Source of the DNA: Oceanispirochaeta sp.
GTDB lineage: Bacteria > Spirochaetota > Spirochaetia > DSM-2461
Reading direction: 5' to 3'
Length of the DNA stretch: 64,000 nucleotides
NCBI GenBank assembly: GCA_963663385.2
Contig: CAXXXD010000003.1
Span: 992,001-1,056,000, forward strand
This document shows positions 28,331 to 39,025 of the stretch, piece after piece. Every line of letters starts with the position of its first letter. Within the stretch, counting starts at the first letter, position 1. Position numbers and translations under genes: made by a program. A model generated the notes under the pieces. The model was not told the DNA's origin, made no database searches, and worked only from the letters and a program-made list of their open reading frames with translations.

Positions 28331-28646
28331 ATCGTTCGGGAAATAAATCCGATACCCTGGAAAAAACAGGGCTTTATGCCTCTTTACTAACTAATTCAAC
28401 AATGCGCTGGCTGGCAAATCTTTTTGCCTGGTCACCCACTTTTGCCTTACTGATTCTTTTTAAAAAATAAGACCTGATATGTCATTGAAGGATTTTAAAT
28501 AGCGGAATTACAATCAGTGCAGCGAAGCAGGCCCTCCGGGAAGGATCAGTATTTGCTCAACTCTAAAGAACCTTTCCTTATAAAGGTATGACCTGTTACA
28601 TCCCAAGATTGACCACCACTGTTCATATCTTTATATTTCTCCCCAC

Positions 28647-29453
28647 ATGAAAAATACCTGCAAACCATTTATATTGTTTCTGTTTCTGCTGATACTCCCC
28701 CTTTGTATTCTGGCACCCCTGTTTGGCGGAGAGCAGAAAAAAGCCCCTGTCCACGGGCTCAGCTTAACAACGGCTTTTCTCAACCCCAACTTCTCGGACC
28801 CTTTGGTCACACCCTTTCATACCCACGGTATGGGAGCCGGACTGGAACTGGCCTACACCCTGAGAATGTCCTCCTTTGCCCTGGATACAGGCTTTGCAGG
28901 AGGGGGAGGGCGGCTCTACAGCGGCAACTCCAACTTCTACGATCATGACGACTCCTTCGGCACGGCCTCCTTTTATATCAACACAGCCTGGCGGCGGTCA
29001 GTGATTGTGGAGAAAGCCTTCCTGCTGGCAGGACTGCGGACGGAATATCAGGGAGAAGTCTACCTTATCAGCCATATTGATTCGTATAACTGGAACGGGG
29101 ACCTCTCATTTATGCCCTTTGCAGGCCTGGAGTACAATTTTTCCCGGAGCAGGCTCACCAGCTCCCTGGCGTTTTCGCTCTTCAGCCTGGTCAACCGTCC
29201 CCCCTGGACCATCTACGACGATGACCTGGATGCCCGGATGAGTGAGTCCCCCCTGTCCGTGCTCTTCAGAGGAGACTCCTCCGGTATTGATAAATACTTC
29301 AGAATGGTCTATGACCTCCACTGGGAGACAGAACTGTCCCGTCATTTTATCCTTATAAGCGGCGGATCCTTTCAATACATCAGAACCACCTTACCCCAGG
29401 AGGCAAAGTTTCTGACCGCCTCCGCAGACCTGGGAGTACGCTATGTTTTCTAA
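28647..29453 (+). CDS. Exported protein, probable outer-membrane beta-barrel
   Basis: Signal peptide, amphipathic strands, C-terminal LGVRYVF. Confidence 0.6.
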   Translation: MKNTCKPFILFLFLLILPLCILAPLFGGEQKKAPVHGLSLTTAFLNPNFSDPLVTPFHTHGMGAGLELAYTLRMSSFALDTGFAGGGGRLYSGNSNFYDHDDSFGTASFYINTAWRRSVIVEKAFLLAGLRTEYQGEVYLISHIDSYNWNGDLSFMPFAGLEYNFSRSRLTSSLAFSLFSLVNRPPWTIYDDDLDARMSESPLSVLFRGDSSGIDKYFRMVYDLHWETELSRHFILISGGSFQYIRTTLPQEAKFLTASADLGVRYVF

Positions 29454-30474
29454 GTATGTAAAATTCCTTCTCCTTCCCCTGTGCTTCCTCCTGGCGGGCA
29501 GCTGCTCTCTGGTGCTGGGACCCGAAACGGGATCGGACAACGGATCGGTTTTCGATTATTTCTGGGACACCTTCGACAAACAGTACTCCCTGTTCGAGCA
29601 GAAGGGGATCGACTGGGATGCTCAGAGAGAAACCTACCGGGATCAGGCCGTGTCTGCCCCCACAGAGGATGCCCTGTTTGATGTCCTTGCGGAGATGATC
29701 GAACCAATGGACGATGCCCATGTCTGGCTTTCCGGTACAGGCGGGTATCCCTACTGCGATACCTGGGAAGAGCCGGGGATTCCCTCCCTCTGGTACAGCT
29801 TCTCCCTCTACGGTGTCCGGGAGTATACCGGGCCCCTCAGCCAGACCGCCGGGGATCTTGTCTCCTACGGTATACTCGCAGAGCGGAACATCGGCTATAT
29901 CCATATCTCTTCCATGGCCGCCGATCTGGGGGGGATGACCACTCTGGAATCCTGGGTAGACGATGTCGACAGGGTTATTGACCAGTACATGGATACGGAT
30001 GCCCTGATTATAGATATCCGGAATAATACCGGCGGCTACAGCGCCAATGCCCGGCACATCGCCTCCCGCTTTGTCTCTCACAAAAGTCTCTACCTGAAAA
30101 CCAGAACGAGAGTCGGTCCCGACCATAATGATTTCGGTACCGTCACCGATCACTACATCGAACCTCGGGGGCAGATTTACACTAAACCGGTTTACCTGGT
30201 GACCGATCCCCGGACCGTCAGTGCCGCCGAGTGGTTTACCCTGATGATGAGGAAAAGTGACAATGTGACCCATATCGGCTGGCGGACTACAGGCGCCACG
30301 GGAATGGTCTCCTTTCATGAACTTCCCAACGGCTGGGAGTTTTCCACCACTATTGGTTACACCACCGATGAAGAGGGCCGATGCTACGAAGGAACGGGTA
30401 TTCAGCCGGAAATCGTCATTCCCTATGATCCCTCCGAAGCGGACAGTGTCCTGGCGTGGATTATGAATCAGTAG
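29443..30474 (+). CDS. S41-family peptidase lipoprotein
   Basis: LLAGSC lipobox; FWDTFDKQYSLF, DAHV, IGYIHI, IIDIRNNTGG, TVSAAEWF and EGTGIQPE. Confidence 0.88.
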   Translation: MFSKYVKFLLLPLCFLLAGSCSLVLGPETGSDNGSVFDYFWDTFDKQYSLFEQKGIDWDAQRETYRDQAVSAPTEDALFDVLAEMIEPMDDAHVWLSGTGGYPYCDTWEEPGIPSLWYSFSLYGVREYTGPLSQTAGDLVSYGILAERNIGYIHISSMAADLGGMTTLESWVDDVDRVIDQYMDTDALIIDIRNNTGGYSANARHIASRFVSHKSLYLKTRTRVGPDHNDFGTVTDHYIEPRGQIYTKPVYLVTDPRTVSAAEWFTLMMRKSDNVTHIGWRTTGATGMVSFHELPNGWEFSTTIGYTTDEEGRCYEGTGIQPEIVIPYDPSEADSVLAWIMNQ

Positions 30475-30618
30475 AAGATAATGAACAGTTCTCCCGGCTA
30501 AAAAATCTGCAGGATTCGGTATTTATGCCAGCAGTACCCTGGAATCATCCTTTAATGTTGTAATCTCCGATTTCAGGCTGGAATCCTGTCTCTGGAAGGT
30601 ACATGCATAAACCGGTCT

Positions 30619-32130
30619 TCAGTAGGCAACTGTGACAGCGAAGGAGAGGTAATATATCGTCTCTTCCGCCAGCAGCAGTGTCTCCCTGTAGTCCAGAGAG
30701 AGGTGATCATTCAGTATAAAGGTCCCTTTGCAGAACAGGATGTTCGTATATTCATACTCCCGCTCCGGTTCATCCTTATAGTTCTCAATTATTTCCACAC
30801 CGACCAGATGGCTCTCCGGATTGGTCTTCCAGAACTCCCATCCGCCGGAAAGGTTCCACTTTTCACGGTAATAATCCATCCGGAAGGTAAGGTAGAGGGC
30901 ATCCGAACCCAGAAACATCCCGGTGGGTGTATCAATATACTCGTTGCTCTCCAGACTGGTGGAATACAGCTTTCTACGGGAGTAAAAACTGGTGTAGGGA
31001 TGCCACCTCTCGTAGGTATAGGGACCGGTTATCCCAAATTCCATATTGGAAACAATACTGGCCTCTTTAGACGGGAGCTGATACTGTACTCCACCCAAAC
31101 CTCCCAGTGATGTGGGGACGGTATAGCTGTCTTCAAAAGTGTTTCTGATATCGTCTATCATAAACTCCCCGTATATCCCCAGACCGGGCAGGATGGTCCA
31201 CCAGGCATCAAATCCTATCATCACATTGCTGTAGTTTTCTCCATAGACATTATGGTAGAACATGGTGGGGGGGATATCCTCAAAGTTCGGAAAACGGCCT
31301 CCCACTACAAGGATATCTGTAAAACCGAGAATCAGACTGTCCGCAAGTCTGAACTCGTACCGGTGTCCTGTCAGGAACTTGGACTGCTGGTCCATCTCCT
31401 TGTCAAAGTGTCCTTCGGGTGTCAGGTCATTCTCCAGGGCTTCGGCGATAACCCTCTTCTCCCACTTCTTCAGGTAGCTCTCCAGAGGGATAAAGACGAA
31501 AGTCCCCTTGAACACGGGGTTCTGATAGCTCAGGTTTATCTGGTCAAAGTAGGGGACTGCGGAGGAGAGCATCAGATTGCTCCTCTGGCCGGGGCCCCAG
31601 CTGATCTTGTCTCTTCCTGCAAAAAGCTGCAGGCTTTTGTTTCCCCAGGCTATATATCCTCTGGTGGGGAAGTTATAATCATAATCCTGAAAAGTCGGGG
31701 GGATGTTGATATACGTATCGGTCCTGAAATCATTAAAGAAGTCCTGACGTATATCAAACCGGGAATCCACAATAAAGTTTTCGCTGCCTGTCTGGAATCC
31801 CACCATAATAAGGGGATGATTAAAAAGCCAGTCGTTATACCAGTAGCTTTCCTGATCTTCGGGGATTTCTGCGGTTAAGCAATTGGTTCTGAGGGAAAAA
31901 CTGAGATCCGGATGAAAGAAGTACGCTTTTTCCGGAGGTCTATAACTGTCCGATTTACTACGGGAGTAGGGCCGGGACAGGAAATCGGGGGCATCCCCCC
32001 GGCTGAGGGATCTGTAATCCTCTTCAAAGTAGAAACGGGAACCTAAAGGCTCCCTTTCCATCCCCTGGGAGGAGAGCATAACGGGTATGAACAACGGGAT
32101 AAATATCAGATATACAATGATTTTCCCCAT
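30619..32130 (-). CDS. Outer-membrane protein, Wzi-like (capsule assembly) barrel
   Basis: Signal peptide; GRDKISWGPG..NLMLS...PYFD, GHRYE, NVMIGFD and YGEFMIDD resemble the Wzi family. Confidence 0.6.
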   Translation of the reverse strand: MGKIIVYLIFIPLFIPVMLSSQGMEREPLGSRFYFEEDYRSLSRGDAPDFLSRPYSRSKSDSYRPPEKAYFFHPDLSFSLRTNCLTAEIPEDQESYWYNDWLFNHPLIMVGFQTGSENFIVDSRFDIRQDFFNDFRTDTYINIPPTFQDYDYNFPTRGYIAWGNKSLQLFAGRDKISWGPGQRSNLMLSSAVPYFDQINLSYQNPVFKGTFVFIPLESYLKKWEKRVIAEALENDLTPEGHFDKEMDQQSKFLTGHRYEFRLADSLILGFTDILVVGGRFPNFEDIPPTMFYHNVYGENYSNVMIGFDAWWTILPGLGIYGEFMIDDIRNTFEDSYTVPTSLGGLGGVQYQLPSKEASIVSNMEFGITGPYTYERWHPYTSFYSRRKLYSTSLESNEYIDTPTGMFLGSDALYLTFRMDYYREKWNLSGGWEFWKTNPESHLVGVEIIENYKDEPEREYEYTNILFCKGTFILNDHLSLDYRETLLLAEETIYYLSFAVTVAY

Positions 32131-32198
32131 ATGGAAAATTCTATGAATTATGCGGCAGGAATGCAAGGAAATACAGCTTCTTCCCCTACAAGCCTCAA

Positions 32199-32984
32199 TC
32201 AGCTTATTAAAGCCGGGATTCTATTGCCGGTAAAATAAATCTGCGGCTTTCCCGTGTGCGGATTGATTGTAATATCTGTATTTACTCCAAATACTTCCTT
32301 CATCAGTGTTCTTGTAAAAACCTCCTCCGGAGTGCCGGACGTCACTACCCGGCCATTCTGTAGAACATAAATCCTGTCGCAGTACAGGGCGGCCAGATTA
32401 ATATCATGAATGGCTGCCACTATGGTGATATCCAGTTCTTTTACTAACTCGAAAACCTGCAGTTTGAATCCGATATCCAGATGGTTTGTCGGTTCGTCCA
32501 GTATTATCAGTTTTGCCTGCTGGGCCAGAGCCCGGGCTATCAGTACCCGCTGTTTTTCCCCTCCCGAGAGTGTGACAAAACTCCTGTCTTCCAGCCCCGT
32601 CAGACCGGTATCGGCAATGGCTTTCCGGGCAATCTCCCTGTCCAGAGAACTGTCTGTATCAAAGGCTTTTTTATAGGGATAACGGCCCATGAGAACAATT
32701 TCCCTAACAGAAAAATCAAAACTGCCCGTTTCCTCCTGAGCGACAACCGCCATTTTTCTGGCGCTTTCTTTGCCTGATAGCCGGCGAATGTTAATATTGT
32801 CTATTAAGACAGCTCCTTCGGTAGGGCTTAAGACACGGTAGATGTTTTTCAGGAATGTGGATTTACCGCTGCCGTTGGGACCAATAATCCCGGTCAGTTT
32901 TCCATTCTCTCCCCGGAAATCAATACCTTCAATAATTGTCTTTCCATTGATATCAAAACGGATACCTTCGGTTCTGCATTTCAT
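32199..32984 (-). CDS. Cobalamin/iron-chelate ABC transporter ATPase
   Basis: GPNGSGKS, LSGGEKQR and LDEPTNHLD. True start MKCRTE at 32984 overlaps the permease stop (ATGA). Confidence 0.9.
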   Translation of the reverse strand: MKCRTEGIRFDINGKTIIEGIDFRGENGKLTGIIGPNGSGKSTFLKNIYRVLSPTEGAVLIDNINIRRLSGKESARKMAVVAQEETGSFDFSVREIVLMGRYPYKKAFDTDSSLDREIARKAIADTGLTGLEDRSFVTLSGGEKQRVLIARALAQQAKLIILDEPTNHLDIGFKLQVFELVKELDITIVAAIHDINLAALYCDRIYVLQNGRVVTSGTPEEVFTRTLMKEVFGVNTDITINPHTGKPQIYFTGNRIPALIS

Positions 32985-34072
32985 GAAGATCTGCCTCCGA
33001 AGGAATACCTGCTTTTTCTTAAGAGGTATACGAAAAAGGGTGCTCCAACCAGTGAAGTTATAATACCAATGGGCAGTTCTTCCGGGGCAACCAGCAGTCT
33101 GGCGGCAACATCCGCCCAAATCAGATAGATGGCTCCTGAAAGAACAGAGAGGGGAACAAGCTGTCTGTGATCCGCACCTGTAACCATCCTGACAATATGG
33201 GGAATGACAAGTCCTACAAAGCCGATTGCACCGCTCACGGCAACACTGAACCCTGTGATCAGGGCGGCAGCTATAACCGTGACAATCCGCATCCGGTGGA
33301 TGTTAACTCCAAGTGTAACAGCTGTTTCATCTCCCAGTATCATGGCATTCAGGGAACGGTGTATCCCGGAAAGGAAAACAGCCGCCAGGAGCAGGGACAG
33401 AAAGGGAAGAGGGATATACTCCCACCTGGTTCCGGCCAGACTGCCGACCATCCAGAACAGGGCGCTGCGGATCCCCTCTTCATCCCTGGCGCTGTGAACA
33501 ATCAGGTTGGTCAGGGCAGAGAAAAACGATGAGACAGCAACTCCGGTCAGTACAACCCTGACAGGAGTAATCCTCCCTCTCACATTGGAAATGAAAACAA
33601 CAATTATCATTCCGATCATGGCACCCGTAAAGGCTCCGGCTGACAGGGCAAATACACCACAACCGCTGAATAGTCCCAGCAGAATAACACTGACCGCACC
33701 AGTTGCGGCAGAAGAGGATATCCCCAGAACAAATGGACCGGCCAGGGGATTCCGGACGGCGGCCTGAATGGCGACTCCTCCCAGAGACAGGGCCCCTCCC
33801 GCAATACCCCCCAGCAGTACTCTTGGCAAACGCAGATTCCAGACAATTTTACCGGTTGAAATCTTCCAGGTAGCAGGAAAAGGACCGTCATACGGAGTTA
33901 TACCGTTTAGAATTATTTTCCATGTATCGGAAATTTTTATATTAATCGGGCCGAAAGACACGGCGGCAATTACCGAGAACAGAAGAATAAGGGAGAGGGC
34001 TGTGATTTTTGTAATAAAACGGGAGTTTTTTACACTTCCCGTTTTATTAACCATTTTTAAAATGGCATTCAT
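32981..34072 (-). CDS. FecCD/BtuC-family permease
   Basis: LRLPR, RNPLAGP, GDETAVTLG, GAIGFVGLVIPH and ELPIG. Confidence 0.92.
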   Translation of the reverse strand: MNAILKMVNKTGSVKNSRFITKITALSLILLFSVIAAVSFGPINIKISDTWKIILNGITPYDGPFPATWKISTGKIVWNLRLPRVLLGGIAGGALSLGGVAIQAAVRNPLAGPFVLGISSSAATGAVSVILLGLFSGCGVFALSAGAFTGAMIGMIIVVFISNVRGRITPVRVVLTGVAVSSFFSALTNLIVHSARDEEGIRSALFWMVGSLAGTRWEYIPLPFLSLLLAAVFLSGIHRSLNAMILGDETAVTLGVNIHRMRIVTVIAAALITGFSVAVSGAIGFVGLVIPHIVRMVTGADHRQLVPLSVLSGAIYLIWADVAARLLVAPEELPIGIITSLVGAPFFVYLLRKSRYSFGGRSS

Positions 34073-35041
34073 TCAGAAAAGATCCGGATAGAAAGCTTCA
34101 GCAAACTTTTCCACTGTATCAGCATTCCGAATCCCCGGGAAAACAGCCGGTAGATCGATAACCAGGAAGCGATTGTTTTTTACAGCATCCACCTCCGCCA
34201 AGGCGGGAAGATCCATGGCAAAGGCTATTTTGTCTGCAGATGGTGTGCTGCCGTACTCATTGATGATAATCAGTTCGGGATTCCGGTCCACAACCTCTTC
34301 CCAGCTTACTTTGGCCCATGTTTTATCTATATCATCAAAGATATTCTTGCCTCCTGCCGCTTCTATCAGACTCGTCTGAAGCCCCTGACAGGCTGTAAAT
34401 GCGGTGTCTCCTGTAGAATCAAGCACGAAAACGCGAATCGACTGACGATCTCCTATGGTTTTCTTTACGTTTTCAATCTGATTCTTCATACCGGTGATAA
34501 TGGAATCCGCCCTGTCTTCAACCTGAAAGGTTTTCCCGATTATGGTGAAGTCCTCGTATACATCTTCCATTGTTGCTCCCGTTGTATAACTGCCTTTGCA
34601 TACATAGGGCATAATGCCGTATTCATTAATGGTTTCAACAGTTCCTACAGCGGTTTCCTTAAAAGCGGAGGATCGGCCGAATACAAAGTCGGGATCAGCA
34701 TCCAGAAAGACTTCCAGGGAAGGGTACTTTTCCGCCAGCCTGGGAATCCTGTTTAACTCCTCCCGGTATTCAGGCAGAACAGGCGCGTTATTATAGGCCG
34801 TTCCAATCAGCTTGTCTCCCAGTCCCATGGCCAGCATGATTTCCGTGGTATGGGCGTTTAGGCTGACCGCTCTTTCAGGAACATGATCATAGGTGATCTG
34901 CTGCCCGAAGGTTTCTACCGTGAAAGGTTCAAAGTCCTGTGAAACAGGGGGGGGTGCTGATGGTTCTTCCTGTGCTCCATTGGCAGTGAGAAATCCGCAG
35001 GTTGACAGAAGCCAGATTAGAAGAAGAGTCGCTTTTTTCAT
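34073..35041 (-). CDS. Periplasmic binding protein (BtuF/FecB class), probably corrinoid-binding
   Basis: PERAVSL, TEIMLAMG, SLEVFLDADPD, AAGGKN and SWEEVVDRNPE; downstream of a cobalamin riboswitch. Confidence 0.85.
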   Translation of the reverse strand: MKKATLLLIWLLSTCGFLTANGAQEEPSAPPPVSQDFEPFTVETFGQQITYDHVPERAVSLNAHTTEIMLAMGLGDKLIGTAYNNAPVLPEYREELNRIPRLAEKYPSLEVFLDADPDFVFGRSSAFKETAVGTVETINEYGIMPYVCKGSYTTGATMEDVYEDFTIIGKTFQVEDRADSIITGMKNQIENVKKTIGDRQSIRVFVLDSTGDTAFTACQGLQTSLIEAAGGKNIFDDIDKTWAKVSWEEVVDRNPELIIINEYGSTPSADKIAFAMDLPALAEVDAVKNNRFLVIDLPAVFPGIRNADTVEKFAEAFYPDLF

Positions 35042-35207
35042 TATTCCTCCGATTCAGGATAGCTGAAGGGTTCAATCGAGAGCTATCCAGGTGCAGAATC
35101 TTCCGGGAAATTTGTCGAGCAGGATAATTGTATTTAAGAGTATAGAATGACACATTCACCTCTCCGTCCCAGAAGATTGTGATGATATTGGAACCTTTCA
35201 ACAAAAG

Positions 35208-35390
35208 GCTATCAGGCAGGTCTCCTGACTTGAGGGTTATTACGATTTTTCAGCGCCTTCCCATAAATTACAGTGGCTGGTGAACAGGATATTCAACCTT
35301 GCTGATGGTCTTCCCTCTTACAGTACCTGGGGGTGCTCGTGAGTTTCACACGATTCTCTTTTAAGCCCTTTCGGGCACCCGATGGCTATA
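35208..35390 (-). ncRNA. Cobalamin (AdoCbl) riboswitch
   Basis: Minus strand: CGGGTGCCCGAAAGGGCTTAAAAGAGAATCGTGTGAAACTCACGA...ACTGTAA...GCCACTG...GGGAAGGC...AAGTCAGGAGACCTGCC (B12 box), upstream of the ABC binding protein. Confidence 0.92.
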
Positions 35391-35665
35391 CAATATCAGC
35401 GAACAAATAACAGAGATATAATTTTTCCGGGTAATAATTGTACTTTTTCAATAATATTCCAGGAAAAATCAGTAACCGCTGAAATACAGTTAAGCAGGGT
35501 ATAAATAGAATGATTGGCTTTAATAGAATACTGCCATTTCAGTTGAACCATTAAACAGTGGGCTGATAAAAAAAATGAGAACCCGTAGAGTAGTAAGCCG
35601 CTATGGATGTTTCCGGGAGGACAGATTATAGTATATATCTTAGCAGATGAAATAAAGGATAGATT

Positions 35666-36124
35666 ATGGACTACAATACAATACTGCGGAGTATCCGCTA
35701 TGCCATGAAAATAGATGATCAGCAGGTCGCTGATATTTTTAAGCTGAACGGCTATAACATAACAGCCGGTGAAGTAGGCGATTTGCTGAAACAGGAAGAG
35801 GATGAAGGTTTTGTTCCGGCGGACGACAAAATTATCCGGAACTTTCTGGATGGTCTGATCATCAGCAGAAGGGGACCCCGGAAGCCCGGAACCAAAGCAG
35901 TTCCTGATGAAGTTATGAATAACAACATGGTAATGAAAAAAATCCGGATAGCCTTTGAGTTGAGGGAAGAGGATATGATTCGTGTAATAAAAGACGGCGG
36001 GTTTGTTATTTCAAAGGGCGAACTAAGCGCACTGTTCAGAAAAAAGGGACATAAACACTACAGACCCTGCGGGGATCAGCTGTTACGGTACTTTCTTCGG
36101 GGGCTGTCGGGCAGGAAATTATAA
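35666..36124 (+). CDS. DUF1456 (YehS-like) protein
   Basis: NTILRSIRYA...FLDGLIISRRG / NNMVMKKIRIAF...ELSALFRKKGHKHYRPCGDQLLRYFLRG, an internal duplication. Confidence 0.88.
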   Translation: MDYNTILRSIRYAMKIDDQQVADIFKLNGYNITAGEVGDLLKQEEDEGFVPADDKIIRNFLDGLIISRRGPRKPGTKAVPDEVMNNNMVMKKIRIAFELREEDMIRVIKDGGFVISKGELSALFRKKGHKHYRPCGDQLLRYFLRGLSGRKL

Positions 36125-36196
36125 ATCAAAATCCTTTAATTCGGAAATGGAATGAATTAGTATAAAGGTATAAGTCTATTATACAAGAAGTACCAA

Positions 36197-38674
36197 TTGA
36201 ACATACTGGATATCAAATCGACCCATGTAAAAAAAACGCTGGAACCGGAAACCCTGATTTTTCTTCAGGGAGGTATAAGTAAAGCATTTCTGATTCTTCA
36301 CTCGGGAATGGTGGAAATCCTGCATAACAGAAAAACCGGACCTGATTCTTCCCCCGAGGACATCCTCAGGGGAAGTTTAAGGATAGGACTGATAAAAGGG
36401 GAGGCTCTGATTGACGTAATCGGGCTTTTAAACAGCGAAGAATCCCATTCCTTTTCTGTTAGAACCGTTTCAAACTGTATTATCACAGCCAGGCCCACCA
36501 CTGCTGAAGAATTTATAAGTAAAATGCAGGATGACATTCCTTTGAATCTGAAAGTATTGAGGGATCTGATATTGCGGATTGAGTCATCCTTTTATATCTT
36601 TAATAATTACAAGTATTTATGGCATAAATACGCTTCCATAGCCGATTCCCTTGCATTGGGATGCGAAATTCCGGAATCCCCTATGTTTCAGGGTTCCGCC
36701 TCCAGGAGTACTTCCTCCCTGGAGGAGTATTCCACCTTTCTGAATGAGAAGACCAGGAATAATAGGGACCTTGAGAAGGGGAACTCCTGGGATTACAACC
36801 TTTTTCTGGGCCGGCTTCAAAATCAGATGGATCTTTATAAGGAGAAGGATAATCTTCGAACAGAGGATATAATCGATCAGCGTCAGTACCTTTTTATCAA
36901 AAGACTGGTAGAGAAAGATGATAAAATCCTGGAGGCCCTTTTCCATAATGATGAACCTACAAACCGGTATATTTTCAATATCCTGGGTGAAACCATTAAT
37001 TACATGCTGGAAAACAATAAGAATCTTGCCACTGATATAGACAGGCTGATTCATTCTCTCTATTCGGAGAAGGGATGGGTAAAAAAAATAATCACAGAAA
37101 ATGATACAGAAAATCCCCGGGTACGGAACTTTCTCCATTTCCTGACAAAATTCACCTGGCGATGCAGGAAGGATACACTGCTCCTTCTGGGAAAGGATAT
37201 ACTGAAAGAGTATGAAGTATTTTCTGAATTGAAACTCTTTAAAGAGTATGCTTCCCGGGAGTTGGAAACTGAAAAAGAAAAATCAGATAAATCCACTTCT
37301 CCCGTAACTGATAGACTGGGAAAATACAATGGACTCCTTCAGAAGATACTGGATTTTTCGGGTTTATCTCCAGAATTCAAACAGAGTTTTACCTCTTTGG
37401 TGGAGACTCTTATAAAAGCGGAAAATAAATTCGATGCCGGTCAGGACATACAGAAACTGCGGGATAATCTCTCAGAAAAGTACTGGGAGCTGTATGAGGT
37501 CTGTTTTCTGAAAATCATCGATTCGGATCTGAAGGGTTTTATACCTGGAATCATGCTTCATTTCGGTCTGATTGACGAGAGGCTCATAACCCGGGAAGAA
37601 CTGCAGATAATAGACGAATTCTATGCGGGAACACTATATAGCGATGAAACTATCCCGGTGATGACTCTGCCGTACTTCCTTCATAAAATATATAAATCTG
37701 AAATTAATCCCTCTATGACTGAAATGGGAGACCTGTTTAATACGGTACTGAAAAATCAGATGAAACTGACCAAGCGGGAAAAGGAAAAAGCATACCTTTT
37801 TGAGAATACCCCCGAAGATAGAGTACGCTTCGAAATCCGAAGAATTTCCAGGGATCTGAGCAGATTATTATCGGGGAAAAAGAATAAAACTCTCCCTTTT
37901 CTGTGCAGTGAGCTGATATCAGATAATCTGAAACGGCACTTTATAGATCCGGAAATCCTGGTTAACAAGCTTGAAAAAATCCGGCATCGTGATTTCTCTC
38001 TGTTTTATCGGGAAATATTGTTTAAACACCCCATTGGTTCAGAATTCATACAGAAGGAAATTGTTCCGAACTTTATTCTCTATCCTGTTGTCGGATCCAG
38101 AGCCGTTATGTGGCAGGAAATGGATGGTTCCCGTAAAGATAGTCCCGGTCGTCTGTTTTTCCCCCTTTATTTTACAGGAAAACTGGAGGAAACCCTGCTG
38201 ACTCAGCTGGCTTACTTCCGATGGGAACTGCAGAAAACACTGGCAGGTTACAACTGGACTGATGCCGTAGAAGGCGGGCTTGTGGGAATCTACTATGACT
38301 ATATCCGTTTTTATAAGAAAAACCCCAATATTATACCCGAGGCAAAACAGAGGCTGGAGGAATTTATCAAGAAGACAAAATCCGATAAGGACCGTTTTGC
38401 CATAGATTACCGGACATGGGTCAGTTATGAGTATGAGGGAAAACTGCGATTCAATAATTATGTAAGGGATATCTTTTACCGTTACTGTCCCTTCCCGGAA
38501 GATATCAGACAGTCCATGTCTCAGAAACCGGCGTTTGCTCCAATGGAAAACAGGTATAAAAACCGAAGGCAGAAGGATATTATTAAGCTGCAGTCCAAAA
38601 TTAATAAATTCCAGAAAAAACGGACGCCCGTTCCTCAGGAATTAAAAGACTTTATGGACTTTCTGGAAAAGTAA
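36197..38674 (+). CDS. Large cytoplasmic protein with N-terminal cNMP-binding-like domain and uncharacterised C-terminal domain
   Basis: IFLQGG..KAFLILHSGMVEI...GEALI...HSFSVRTVSNC fits a divergent Crp-type cNMP fold. The remaining ~680 aa are helical and of unknown function. Confidence 0.65.
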   Translation: MNILDIKSTHVKKTLEPETLIFLQGGISKAFLILHSGMVEILHNRKTGPDSSPEDILRGSLRIGLIKGEALIDVIGLLNSEESHSFSVRTVSNCIITARPTTAEEFISKMQDDIPLNLKVLRDLILRIESSFYIFNNYKYLWHKYASIADSLALGCEIPESPMFQGSASRSTSSLEEYSTFLNEKTRNNRDLEKGNSWDYNLFLGRLQNQMDLYKEKDNLRTEDIIDQRQYLFIKRLVEKDDKILEALFHNDEPTNRYIFNILGETINYMLENNKNLATDIDRLIHSLYSEKGWVKKIITENDTENPRVRNFLHFLTKFTWRCRKDTLLLLGKDILKEYEVFSELKLFKEYASRELETEKEKSDKSTSPVTDRLGKYNGLLQKILDFSGLSPEFKQSFTSLVETLIKAENKFDAGQDIQKLRDNLSEKYWELYEVCFLKIIDSDLKGFIPGIMLHFGLIDERLITREELQIIDEFYAGTLYSDETIPVMTLPYFLHKIYKSEINPSMTEMGDLFNTVLKNQMKLTKREKEKAYLFENTPEDRVRFEIRRISRDLSRLLSGKKNKTLPFLCSELISDNLKRHFIDPEILVNKLEKIRHRDFSLFYREILFKHPIGSEFIQKEIVPNFILYPVVGSRAVMWQEMDGSRKDSPGRLFFPLYFTGKLEETLLTQLAYFRWELQKTLAGYNWTDAVEGGLVGIYYDYIRFYKKNPNIIPEAKQRLEEFIKKTKSDKDRFAIDYRTWVSYEYEGKLRFNNYVRDIFYRYCPFPEDIRQSMSQKPAFAPMENRYKNRRQKDIIKLQSKINKFQKKRTPVPQELKDFMDFLEK

Positions 38675-39025
38675 TATCACTTTCATATGGGATTATAGAT
38701 GCGCTTTCTCTCAAGGTACTGCAGTGGAAGACACTATTATGGACAGATAGAGAGTATAATAATTCCTTTAAAAATGGTCATTGAATTATGATAGGTATTA
38801 CAGGACTCCATGGATAAAACTTTATGGAATCCTTAATTTTCCAAGGAGCCTTTTTTTATTATATTCTTTTATTCAGCAATTAAATATTCATATGAATAAT
38901 AATCCTTATCCTTAACAGAATGGTACGAATAACAAGCTGTTTTTATAATCTGGAAAGAGTGATTCAAGTTGATTTTTCCTGTTAATCATTATACTATGAT
39001 TACAATATCAAAAAGGCAGGATTCA

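Noticed and set aside
28331..28646. Possible riboswitch or sRNA in the 316-bp intergenic gap
   Set aside because: Only short stems, and no motif I could match to a known family; an Rfam/Infernal scan would be needed.
29380..30318. 312-aa minus-strand ORF
   Set aside because: Shadow of the GC-rich S41 peptidase gene.
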